Shown here in pieces: positions 17,140 through 24,139 of a DNA stretch of 32,000 nt. A model generated the notes under the pieces. It was not told the DNA's origin and made no database searches. It saw only the letters and a list, made by a program, of their open reading frames with translations. Each line of letters begins with the position of its first letter. The first letter of the stretch is position 1. The stretch covers positions 120,001-152,000 of the forward strand of contig NZ_LN831024.1 of the NCBI RefSeq assembly GCF_001457615.1, in the 5' to 3' direction. This DNA comes from Pseudomonas aeruginosa (GTDB lineage Bacteria; Pseudomonadota; Gammaproteobacteria; Pseudomonadales; Pseudomonadaceae). Position numbers and translations under genes: made by a program.

Positions 17140-17868
17140 ATGACCCAGCGCAAAGCGGTTCTGGTAATGGGCGCCGGCGACGCCACCGGTGGCGCCATCG
17201 CCCGGCGGTTCGCCCGCGAGGGCTACGTGGCGTGCGTCGCCCGGCGCAACGCGGAGAAGCTGGAGCCGCTGGTGCAGGCCATCCGCGACCAAGGCGGCGA
17301 GGCTCTGGCCTGCGGCTGCGACGCACGCCAGGAGCAGCAGGTGATCGACCTCTTCGCCCGCATCGAGGGTGAGGTCGGTGCGCTGGAGGCGGTGATCTTC
17401 AACGTCGGCGCCAACGTCTGGTTCCCGATCACCGAAACCACCGAACGGGTCTATCGCAAGGTCTGGGAGATGGCCGCCTTCGGCGGCTTCCTCACCGGCC
17501 GCGAGGCGGCGCGGGTGATGCTGCCGCGGCAGCGCGGAACGATCATCTTCACTGGCGCCACCGCCTCGTTGCGCGGCCGCGCGCATTTCGCCGCGTTCTC
17601 CGGCGCCAAGTTCGCCCTGCGTGCCCTGGCCCAGAGCATGGCGCGCGAGCTGGGGCCGAAGGGCATCCACGTCGCCCACCCGATCATCGACGGCGCCATC
17701 GACACCGACTTCATCCGCGAAACCCTGCCCGAGCTGTACAAGCGCAAGGAGCAGGACGGCATCCTCGATCCCGAGCACATCGCCGAGACCTACTGGCAGA
17801 TCCACTGCCAGCCGCGCGACTGCTGGGTGCACGAACTGGACCTGCGCCCCTGGATGGAAACCTTCTGA
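17140..17868 (+). CDS. Short-chain dehydrogenase/reductase family protein, atypical (FxxxK in place of YxxxK)
   Basis: The ATG at 17140 follows AGAGAGG. The Rossmann motif is VLVMGAGDATGGAIA and FNVGAN stands in for NNAG. The expected catalytic YxxxK reads AAFSGAK (F153, K157; TTC at 17596-17598). Confidence 0.88.
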   Translation: MTQRKAVLVMGAGDATGGAIARRFAREGYVACVARRNAEKLEPLVQAIRDQGGEALACGCDARQEQQVIDLFARIEGEVGALEAVIFNVGANVWFPITETTERVYRKVWEMAAFGGFLTGREAARVMLPRQRGTIIFTGATASLRGRAHFAAFSGAKFALRALAQSMARELGPKGIHVAHPIIDGAIDTDFIRETLPELYKRKEQDGILDPEHIAETYWQIHCQPRDCWVHELDLRPWMETF

Positions 17869-17892
17869 TCCCCGCCACGGAAAGAGCCACGC

Positions 17893-18480
17893 ATGAGCAA
17901 GCAAATCGAGTTCTTCTTCGACTTCGGCAGTCCCACCACCTACCTCGCCTGGACCCAACTGCCGCGCATCGCCGCCGCCCATGGCGCGAGCATCGCCTGG
18001 CGGCCGATGCTGCTGGGCGGCGTGTTCAAGGCCACCGGCAACCATTCGCCGATCGAGGTGCCGGCCAAGGGGCGCTACACCCTCCACGACCTGGCGCGCT
18101 ATGCGAAACGCTACGGCGTGCCGCTGGCCTTCAACCCGGCCTTCCCGATCAACACCCTGACGCTGATGCGCGGCGCCCAGGGCTATCTCGGCGGCGAAGG
18201 GTTCCAGCCCTACCTGAAAGCGGTGTTCGAAGCGTTGTGGGTACGACAGCAGAACCTCGGCAAGCCCGAGGTGGTCGCCCAGGTGCTGGCGGAGGCTGGG
18301 TTCGATCCGGATGAGTTCCTCCGCCTGGTTGGCGACGAGCAGGTCAAGGAGGGGCTCAAGGCGACCACCGAAGAGGCGGTGCGGCGCGGCGTCTTCGGCG
18401 CGCCCAGCTTCTTCGTCGGCGACCAGTTGTTCTTCGGCCAGGATCGCCTCGATTTCGTCGCCGAGGCCCTCGCCGGCTGA
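17893..18480 (+). CDS. DsbA-like thioredoxin-fold protein of the 2-hydroxychromene-2-carboxylate isomerase / GST-kappa type
   Basis: 195 codons. The N-terminus IEFFFDFGSPTTYLA has Ser in place of the DsbA CxxC. The C-terminal GVFGAPSFFVGDQLFFGQDRL motif is typical of this family. It starts 24 nt after the SDR stop. Confidence 0.85.
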   Translation: MSKQIEFFFDFGSPTTYLAWTQLPRIAAAHGASIAWRPMLLGGVFKATGNHSPIEVPAKGRYTLHDLARYAKRYGVPLAFNPAFPINTLTLMRGAQGYLGGEGFQPYLKAVFEALWVRQQNLGKPEVVAQVLAEAGFDPDEFLRLVGDEQVKEGLKATTEEAVRRGVFGAPSFFVGDQLFFGQDRLDFVAEALAG

Positions 18481-18603
18481 CCTCCCCTTCCCCGCGGCGA
18501 GCCGCTCTGGCCCGCCGCCTTGCGCCATCCGAGCGCCCTCCTCCCGGCTGCGGCCCGCGCGTGCCGTGGTTCCTGGCCATTCGTCGCGCCCGCCGATAGC
18601 GGC

Positions 18604-18650
18604 TTGTCAGGCTGACTTCTTTGCGTATAGGCTGAACTGGTCAGACCGGT
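18604..18650 (+). promoter_or_regulatory. Candidate sigma70 promoter plus GntR-type palindrome upstream of the DctA-family gene
   Basis: TTGTCA (18604-18609), 16 nt, TATAGG (18626-18631). This is followed by ACtGGTCaGACCgGT (18636-18650), a GGT-N3-ACC dyad of the FadR/GntR operator type. GTCAG-G-CTGAC also forms a dyad at 18606-18616. Confidence 0.35.
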
Positions 18651-18724
18651 AATACCACAATAAAAATGCGTTCATCGCCCGCCTCCGCGAGGCCCGATGG
18701 AAGCGCCGAATGGAGACTCCTGCG

Positions 18725-20059
18725 ATGTTCATCAAGCGCTGTTCCCGCTCGATATTCCTGCAAGTCGTGATTGGCCTGGTGATAGGCGTGATCTGCGGGG
18801 TCGGCATTCCCGACCTGGCCGTGCAGATGAAGCCGCTGGGCGATGGCTTCATCAAGCTGATCAAGATGCTCATCGCACTGATCGTCTTCTGCGTGGTGGT
18901 CAACGGCATCTCCGGCGCCGGCGACCTGAAGAAGGTCGGCCGCATCGGCCTGAAGTCGGTGATCTACTTCGAAATCCTCACCACCATCGCCCTGGTCCTC
19001 GGCCTGGTGGTCGCCTACAGCCTGGGCCTGGGCAGCGGCGCCAACATCCATCTCAACGAACTGCCCGCCGGCGACGTCGCCCTGTATACCGGGCGCACCC
19101 AGGAAATCCATGGCCCCGTGGCATTCCTCATGGGCCTGATCCCGACCTCTGTGTTCAGCGCCTTCGCCGAGAACGACATCCTCCAGGTCCTGCTGTTCTC
19201 CGTGCTGTTCGGCAGCGCCCTGAACCTGGTCGGCGAGCAGGCCAGCGGCGTGGCCCGCCTGATCAACGAATTCAGCCACATCGTGTTCCGCATCATGGGC
19301 ATGATCGTGCGCCTGGCACCGCTCGGCGTGTTCGGCGCGGTGGCCTTCACCACCGCCCGCTACGGCGTCGACTCGCTCAGCCACCTGGGCGCGCTGGTGC
19401 TGGTGTTCTACGCCACCTGCCTGGTCTTCGTCATGGCGGTGCTCGGTAGCGTCCTGCGTCTCTCCGGGGTGCGCATGCTGCCGTTCCTGCGCTACTTCCG
19501 CGAAGAGCTGCTGATCGTGATGGGCACCGCCTCCTCCGACGCGGTGCTGCCGCAGGTGATGCGCAAGCTCGAGCACATGGGCATCCGCAGCTCCACGGTA
19601 GGCCTGGTGATTCCCACCGGCTACTCGTTCAACCTCGACGGATTCTCGATCTACCTGACCCTGGCGGTGGTGTTCATCGCCCACGTCACCGGCACGCCGC
19701 TGGCGATGACCGACCTGGTCACCATCCTGCTGGTTTCGCTGGTCACCTCCAAGGGCGCCCACGGCATTCCCGGCTCGGCCCTGGTGATCCTCGCCGCCAC
19801 CCTCACCGCGGTGCCGGCGATCCCGGTGGCCGGCCTGGTGCTGGTGCTTTCGGTGGACTGGTTCATGGGCATCGGCCGCGCGCTGACCAACCTGATCGGC
19901 AACTGCGTGGCCACCGTGACCATCGCCCGCTGGGAAAACGACATCGATATGCCGCGCGCGCAGGCCATACTCGACGGGCGCCTGGAGGCGCCGGCCAAGG
20001 CCGACGGCGAGCCGCTCAAGCGCAGCGCGGTGGCCGGGGAAGGCAAGCTGCATGGCTGA
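18725..20059 (+). CDS. Dicarboxylate/amino acid:cation symporter (DctA/GltP family)
   Basis: The ATG at 18725 is 9 nt after GGAGA (track start 18710). It is a polytopic membrane protein with family motifs (GTASSDAVLP, IPTGYSFNLDG, SKGAHGIPGSALV). Confidence 0.9.
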   Translation: MFIKRCSRSIFLQVVIGLVIGVICGVGIPDLAVQMKPLGDGFIKLIKMLIALIVFCVVVNGISGAGDLKKVGRIGLKSVIYFEILTTIALVLGLVVAYSLGLGSGANIHLNELPAGDVALYTGRTQEIHGPVAFLMGLIPTSVFSAFAENDILQVLLFSVLFGSALNLVGEQASGVARLINEFSHIVFRIMGMIVRLAPLGVFGAVAFTTARYGVDSLSHLGALVLVFYATCLVFVMAVLGSVLRLSGVRMLPFLRYFREELLIVMGTASSDAVLPQVMRKLEHMGIRSSTVGLVIPTGYSFNLDGFSIYLTLAVVFIAHVTGTPLAMTDLVTILLVSLVTSKGAHGIPGSALVILAATLTAVPAIPVAGLVLVLSVDWFMGIGRALTNLIGNCVATVTIARWENDIDMPRAQAILDGRLEAPAKADGEPLKRSAVAGEGKLHG

Positions 20060-20107
20060 CGCGCCGAGGCGCGTTGCACGTCCGATTGGCAAGTAAAGGG
20101 AGGCGAC

Positions 20108-20794
20108 ATGTTTTCTTCGTCCAAGCTGGTCAACGCGGTTGCCCAGCGCCTGCTCGACACCATCGAGCAGGGTCGCTGGGTCGCCGGCCAGATGTTGCCC
20201 GGCCAGCGCGAGCTGGCTGAGCAGATGGAAATCAGCCGGCCGAGCCTGCGCGAGGCGATCATGGTCCTGGAGACCCTGGGCGTGGTCCGTTCGCTGCCGG
20301 GCAAGGGCGTGATGGTCCTCGAACGCAGCGAACCGCTGCGCGAGGTCGCGGCGCCCGGCGAGGCGACCATGGAAGACGTCCTGCAACTGCGCTATGCGCT
20401 GGAGCCGTTCATCGTCGGCATCGTCGCGCAGAGCGCCGGGGCGGCGGAGATCAGCGAACTGCGGCTGTTGCTGCTGGACCTGCGCGAAGCGGTCGAGGAT
20501 GGCGACCCGCAGGCTCTGGTTGAGGCCTACACGGCCTTCCACCGGCGCCTGGTGAAGCTCACCTCGAACCCGATCTTCCTCAGCGTTTCCGAACAGATCG
20601 GCAGCGCCCTGGAACGCAGCGACAACCTGGTGCGCCGCCAGCCGGAATACGCCGAGGAGATCCTCCAGGAACACGACGCCATCCTCCGTGCGATCCGCCA
20701 GCACGACAGCGAGCGGGCGAGCCAGGCGATGCGCCAGCACATCCTCAACGAAGGCGCGCGCCTGAACATCGACCTGCGCTTGCCGCAGGTCTGA
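20108..20794 (+). CDS. GntR-family regulator, FadR subfamily (FCD domain)
   Basis: 228 codons with GGGAGG upstream. It has an N-terminal wHTH (LPGQRELAEQMEISRPSLREAIMVLETLGVV) and an all-helical C-terminal domain with a conserved His (FHRRL, EHDAILRAI). Confidence 0.88.
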   Translation: MFSSSKLVNAVAQRLLDTIEQGRWVAGQMLPGQRELAEQMEISRPSLREAIMVLETLGVVRSLPGKGVMVLERSEPLREVAAPGEATMEDVLQLRYALEPFIVGIVAQSAGAAEISELRLLLLDLREAVEDGDPQALVEAYTAFHRRLVKLTSNPIFLSVSEQIGSALERSDNLVRRQPEYAEEILQEHDAILRAIRQHDSERASQAMRQHILNEGARLNIDLRLPQV

Positions 20795-20894
20795 TCGCCC
20801 GCGCCAGGGTTCCAACCCGGGACCGTCGCGGCGCCCGGACGGCTTTCGTCCGCCGCCTGCGAAGGCCCACAAGCACGACTCGACAGGTGTGAAC

Positions 20895-21629
20895 ATGGTC
20901 GGATTCGAAGCACGTACCCAGCAGGGCGCCGCGCTGCGCCCCACCAGCCATTTCGTCTACGAAAGCATCTACACGGCAATCCTGGAAAAGCGCCTGGCGC
21001 CGGCCGCCAAGCTGAGCAAGGAAACCCTCGGGCAGATCTTCCGGGTCAGCAACGGCACCATCCAGCGTGCCCTCACCCGTCTCGCCGAGGACGGCGCGGT
21101 GGTGATGCCGCCGAAGGAGGTCGCCAGCGTCGCCCGCCCGGACGAGCGCCAGGCGCGGCAGGTGCTGGACGCGCGCCTGCTGGTGGAAAGCGAAGTGGTG
21201 CGGCAACTGCCCGCGGGGCTGGATCCCGCCGCCCTTGCCGAGCTACGGGCGCTGGTCGACGAGGAGCAGGCTTGCCTCGCGGCCCGCGACAGCGCCGGGC
21301 TGATCCGTCTCGCCGGGCGCTTCCACCTGCGCCTGGCCGAACTGACCGAGAATCCCTTGCTGCAGGGTTTCGTCCGTGGCCTGGTGGCACGCGCCTCGCT
21401 GGACATCGCGCTGAACAAGGGGGCGGTCTATACCGCCGAGGCCTGCGCCGCGCAGCGCGCCCTGCTCGATGCCCTGGAGGACGGCGACAGCGCGGCGGCG
21501 GCTGCGCTGATGGACGCTTACCTGCGAGGCCTGTTCGCCCGCATGCGCTTCCTGCCTCCACCCACCACCGACCTGCGCGAGGCATTCGGCATGAAGGCCC
21601 CTCGCGGGGAAAAACGCCGGAGGGCCTGA
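20895..21629 (+). CDS. Second GntR-family regulator (FCD-type C-terminal domain)
   Basis: It has a wHTH (KLSKETLGQIFRVSNGTIQRALTRLAEDGAV) and a helical effector domain (RFHLRLAELTENP). The start is either the ATG at 20895 or the GTG at 20889. Confidence 0.8.
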   Translation: MVGFEARTQQGAALRPTSHFVYESIYTAILEKRLAPAAKLSKETLGQIFRVSNGTIQRALTRLAEDGAVVMPPKEVASVARPDERQARQVLDARLLVESEVVRQLPAGLDPAALAELRALVDEEQACLAARDSAGLIRLAGRFHLRLAELTENPLLQGFVRGLVARASLDIALNKGAVYTAEACAAQRALLDALEDGDSAAAAALMDAYLRGLFARMRFLPPPTTDLREAFGMKAPRGEKRRRA

Positions 21630-21643
21630 CCTCCCCGGCCGCC

Positions 21644-21663
21644 GCCTACCAGATCTGGCAGGC
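21644..21663. promoter_or_regulatory. las/rhl-box-like quorum-sensing palindrome GCCTACCAGATCTGGCAGGC
   Basis: It is a 20-bp dyad with 9 of 10 symmetric pairs and the CT-N12-AG architecture. It differs at 3 of 20 positions from the lasB OP1 box as I remember it (ACCTGCCAGTTCTGGCAGGT). It lies 15 nt after the GntR stop and 146 nt upstream of the rahU ATG. Confidence 0.55.
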
Positions 21664-21808
21664 GGTGGTGGCTGGTGGCCAGCCTATAGTGAAGCGGGTC
21701 AGGGATGGCGCCGTGCTGGTCGAAGTAGCCAAGGGTCCGTTGTGAGCGCCCGGTCCTGTCCGTGACGTCCTACAGGAAGCTGTGAACGCATGGTTAACGG
21801 AGATCGAC

Positions 21809-22219
21809 ATGGCATACGCAGAATGGATCGCAGTGAAGGTCGTGGTATCCAAATCCATCGGCACGGTGGGCATCCGCAACGCCACCTTGCAATGGGGCAA
21901 GTTCTACCGCTACACCAACAAGGACGACGAGATTTCCACCGAGGAAGTCAGCAGCATGAACGTGCAGGCCGGCAGCCCGCAATGGATCGCCTCCTGCGGA
22001 CGGGAGAACGCTTCGTCCGGCACCCAGGGCAGCTTCGACTGCTACGACGGCAACACCAAGATGGGCACCTTCAGCTGGGATGACCCGTGGAAATCCGGCG
22101 CCACCAACACCTGGAGCTTCACGCCGGCATCGGCGGACTATGCTGGCATCACCAGCGGCGGCAACGCTACGGGCACGGACATCGGCGAGGTCACCCTGAC
22201 CCTCGGCCGCTTCTCCTGA
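21809..22219 (+). CDS. rahU: Aegerolysin-family protein RahU
   Basis: The ATG at 21809 follows ACGGAGA (track start 21782). MAYAEWIAVKVVV...IRNATLQWGKFY...NKDDEIS...SCGRENASSGTQGSFDCYDG...WDDPW matches the aegerolysin pattern. GC looks lower by eye than in the neighbours. Confidence 0.9.
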   Translation: MAYAEWIAVKVVVSKSIGTVGIRNATLQWGKFYRYTNKDDEISTEEVSSMNVQAGSPQWIASCGRENASSGTQGSFDCYDGNTKMGTFSWDDPWKSGATNTWSFTPASADYAGITSGGNATGTDIGEVTLTLGRFS

Positions 22220-22250
22220 CGGTACCTGGAGCTGGCCGGCAGTCCGTCGG

Positions 22251-23159
22251 TCAGCTCCAGCGCTCATCCCCGTCCGTGGCGAACGCTCGCCGCAGCGCCT
22301 CGATGGCGACCTTCACCTTGGCCGGCTGGGCCTCGCGCCGTGGCGTCACCGCATAGATGCCGAGCCCGGGAATCCTCCACTCCGGCAATAGCTGTTGCAG
22401 GCGCCCGTCGTTCAGCGCGTCGCGCACCTCCGGCAGCGGCTGGTAGGACACGCCGAGTCCGTCGAGGGTGAACTGACGCACCGCGAGCATCCCGTTGGCG
22501 GCCACCCGTGGCTCCAGGCGCAGTTTGCAGACTTCCCCGCCCGGCCCGCTGAGCGTCAGGTGGTTGAGGTGGTTCGAGGTGTTCAGGGAAATCCAGTCGA
22601 CCTCGGTCAACTGCTCCGGACGGTTGATCGGCGCCCGTTGGCGCAAATAGGCCGGCGCCGCGCAGAGCACGCTGCTCCAATCGCCGAGGTGGCGCGCCAC
22701 CAGGCTGGAGTCGGCGAGATTGCCGACGCGTATCGCCAGGTCGATGCGCTCGGCGACCAGATCGATGCGCTCGTCCTGGAAGAACAGCTGCAGGCGCAAC
22801 TGGCGGTGGTTCTCCAGCAACGGTTTCAGCGCCTGGGTGATCAGCGTGCCGGAGAACCCCACCGGCGCCGCCAGGCGCAACTCACCCACCGGCGCATCGC
22901 GCCATTCGCCAAGCCGCCGCTCGGCTTCCTCGGCGATCGCCAGCATCTGCGCGCAACTGCGATAGAACGCCTCGCCGGCCTCGGTCAGGGTCAGCCGGCG
23001 GGTGGTGCGATGCAGCAAAGTGACCTGGGCGCGGCTCTCCAGCTTGCGGATCTGCTGGCTGACTGCCGAAGGGGTCATGCCCAGGCTCTGGGCCGCGGCT
23101 GCCATCGAGCCCTTGTCCACCACAGTGGCGAAGATCGCCATGCCTTTCAGCGAATCCAT
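22251..23159 (-). CDS. LysR-family transcriptional regulator
   Basis: 302 codons with AAGGAGG upstream. It has an N-terminal HTH (FATVVDKGSMAAAAQSLGMTPSAVSQQIRKLE) and a LysR substrate-binding domain. Confidence 0.9.
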   Translation of the reverse strand: MDSLKGMAIFATVVDKGSMAAAAQSLGMTPSAVSQQIRKLESRAQVTLLHRTTRRLTLTEAGEAFYRSCAQMLAIAEEAERRLGEWRDAPVGELRLAAPVGFSGTLITQALKPLLENHRQLRLQLFFQDERIDLVAERIDLAIRVGNLADSSLVARHLGDWSSVLCAAPAYLRQRAPINRPEQLTEVDWISLNTSNHLNHLTLSGPGGEVCKLRLEPRVAANGMLAVRQFTLDGLGVSYQPLPEVRDALNDGRLQQLLPEWRIPGLGIYAVTPRREAQPAKVKVAIEALRRAFATDGDERWS

Positions 23160-23306
23160 GCCGGTTCCTCCTTGCGGGAGACTGCGCCTGGGGAAAAATC
23201 ACCGGAAAAAGCGCGAGAAAGCATGCCCAGCGGGCGAGGTCGTCGAGTTACGGAAAAATACGGACGCGTATGGGAGCGAAGCATGAGTCAGCCAAAGAAC
23301 TAATCA

Positions 23307-23350
23307 GGTCGCAGTGGTCGCATGTTGGTCGCTCTCATTGGTCAGGTCGA
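23307..23350. repeat. Five closely spaced GGTC(G/A) direct repeats (three exact GGTCGC)
   Basis: GGTCGC at 23307, 23316 and 23327, GGTCA at 23340 and GGTCGA at 23345. They sit at the GC-rich to AT-rich transition downstream of parE. Confidence 0.3.
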
Positions 23351-23458
23351 AAAATGTCCATTTTTTGTGAGTTATGGATTTTTTGTCCGAAATGAGCTAC
23401 TCAGTACAAGTCAAGTGAAATATTCATTTTGAAACATCTTGTAACCGTGTGACCACTT

Positions 23459-23740
23459 TCAGGGGGTAATTTCGACCCTGTCGATGCGCAAAATCTGGAT
23501 TTCCTTGCCTTTAACCCGAAACGGGGCGCTGAACGGCCAGCGCTCCAGGGTCAGGGTGCGTACGCCTGGCACCTCGCTGGGCCGCCCTGCCCCCTGGTTG
23601 GCTACCTGCTGCAGCGGTTTCACCTGCTCGACGATGTCCTGAACGGCTTTCAGAGCTTTTTCCGGGCCGATCAGCACGACGTAATGGTCGTAGATGGCGT
23701 CCAGGTCGGCGGCCGCCTTGCGGGTCCACTTCAGGCTCAT
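23459..23740 (-). CDS. parE: ParE/RelE-superfamily toxin
   Basis: 93 codons. The start overlaps the antitoxin stop in ATGA. The sequence MSLKWTRKAADLD.IYDHY....PEKA...V..I....L...P..G.P....GVR.L.....PF...FRV....I.ILRI is the typical ParE pattern. It matches my memory of PA0124. Confidence 0.85.
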   Translation of the reverse strand: MSLKWTRKAAADLDAIYDHYVVLIGPEKALKAVQDIVEQVKPLQQVANQGAGRPSEVPGVRTLTLERWPFSAPFRVKGKEIQILRIDRVEITP

Positions 23741-23964
23741 TGCAGCCCCCAGCGCTTCTCGATCTCGGTGTGTTCCAGCAGGCGACCGGCATTGGCATCG
23801 GCCAAGCCTTCATCGATGGCAGCGACCTGCCACTGCTGCCTTTCCAGGTACTGCGCGAGCGCCTGCCGCAGGTGGTAGGGGCGGTCGCGGTGGGTGGCGC
23901 GGGCCAGTTCGTCGAGGGCCGCGACCAGGGCGTCATCGGCGCGGAACGAGACTACGGTGCTCAT
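23737..23964 (-). CDS. parD: ParD-type (ribbon-helix-helix) antitoxin
   Basis: The ATG at 23964 (MSTVVSFRADDALVAALDELA...) gives 75 codons. The N-terminal beta-strand plus helices fit an RHH fold. The track start at 24042 lies in AT-rich promoter DNA. Confidence 0.85.
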   Translation of the reverse strand: MSTVVSFRADDALVAALDELARATHRDRPYHLRQALAQYLERQQWQVAAIDEGLADANAGRLLEHTEIEKRWGLQ

Positions 23965-23978
23965 TTTCTGATCAGCTT

Positions 23979-24023
23979 CGTTTTCGATGTATACGGTGTT
24001 TACAGTGAAAACGAATGTATACG
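23979..24023. promoter_or_regulatory. Operator-like repeats upstream of parD: two copies of ATGTATACG, each preceded by one arm of the CGTTTTC/GAAAACG inverted repeat
   Basis: ATGTATACG occurs at 23987-23995 and 24015-24023 (28-nt period, GTATAC palindromic core). CGTTTTC (23979-23985) and GAAAACG (24007-24013) are reverse complements. All lie within 60 nt upstream of the parD start. Confidence 0.45.
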
Positions 24024-24100
24024 AAAGCTTTCGGGCGAGCAATCGCCCGGCTGTTTCGTCCGTCGAAAAAACCTTTATCGATCAGTGGGTTGAATGAGGA

Positions 24101-24122
24101 GCCCGCCCCGAGCGGGGCGGGC
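24101..24122 (-). terminator. Strong GC hairpin after the lipoprotein gene (terminator candidate without adjacent U-run)
   Basis: GCCCGCCCC-GAGC-GGGGCGGGC forms a 9-bp stem 18 nt beyond the stop of the 24140-24766 gene. Confidence 0.35.
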
Positions 24123-24139
24123 GGAAGGACGGCGTGGGA

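Noticed and set aside
18574-18588. A sigma54-like TGGCC-N..-TCGC element upstream of the DctA-family gene.
   Set aside because: The GG-to-GC spacing is one nt short of the invariant GG-N10-GC, and the -24 element is imperfect. A sigma70-type promoter nearer the gene fits better.
18641-20944. A 767-codon antisense ORF over the DctA/GntR genes. Similar long shadow ORFs occur at 1224-2792, 2003-3502, 13025-14569, 17119-18528, 27396-28970, 29401-30750 and 30747-31625.
   Set aside because: The reasoning is the same. All are antisense or off-frame to genes with clear family motifs, have Arg/Ala/Gly/Pro-dominated composition, and lack start contexts.
23307-23350. GGTCGC repeats as a CRISPR-like or tandem-repeat array.
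   Set aside because: The units are 5-6 nt with irregular 5-13-nt spacing, there are no spacers of CRISPR size, and no cas genes are present. I kept it only as an unexplained short-repeat cluster.
23354-23395. A 13-codon mini-ORF (MSIFCELWIFCPK) in the AT-rich region downstream of parE.
   Set aside because: It has no convincing RBS and its codons come from A/T-tract repeats. It is indistinguishable from chance in AT-rich DNA. Ribosome profiling would be needed to revive it.
23301-24090. Possible target-site duplication flanking the TA islet (ATCAG..CAGTGG at 23303-23318 versus ATCAGTGG at 24081-24088).
   Set aside because: The left copy is interrupted, and the match is only 5 and 6 nt. That is too short to distinguish from chance without comparison to an empty site.
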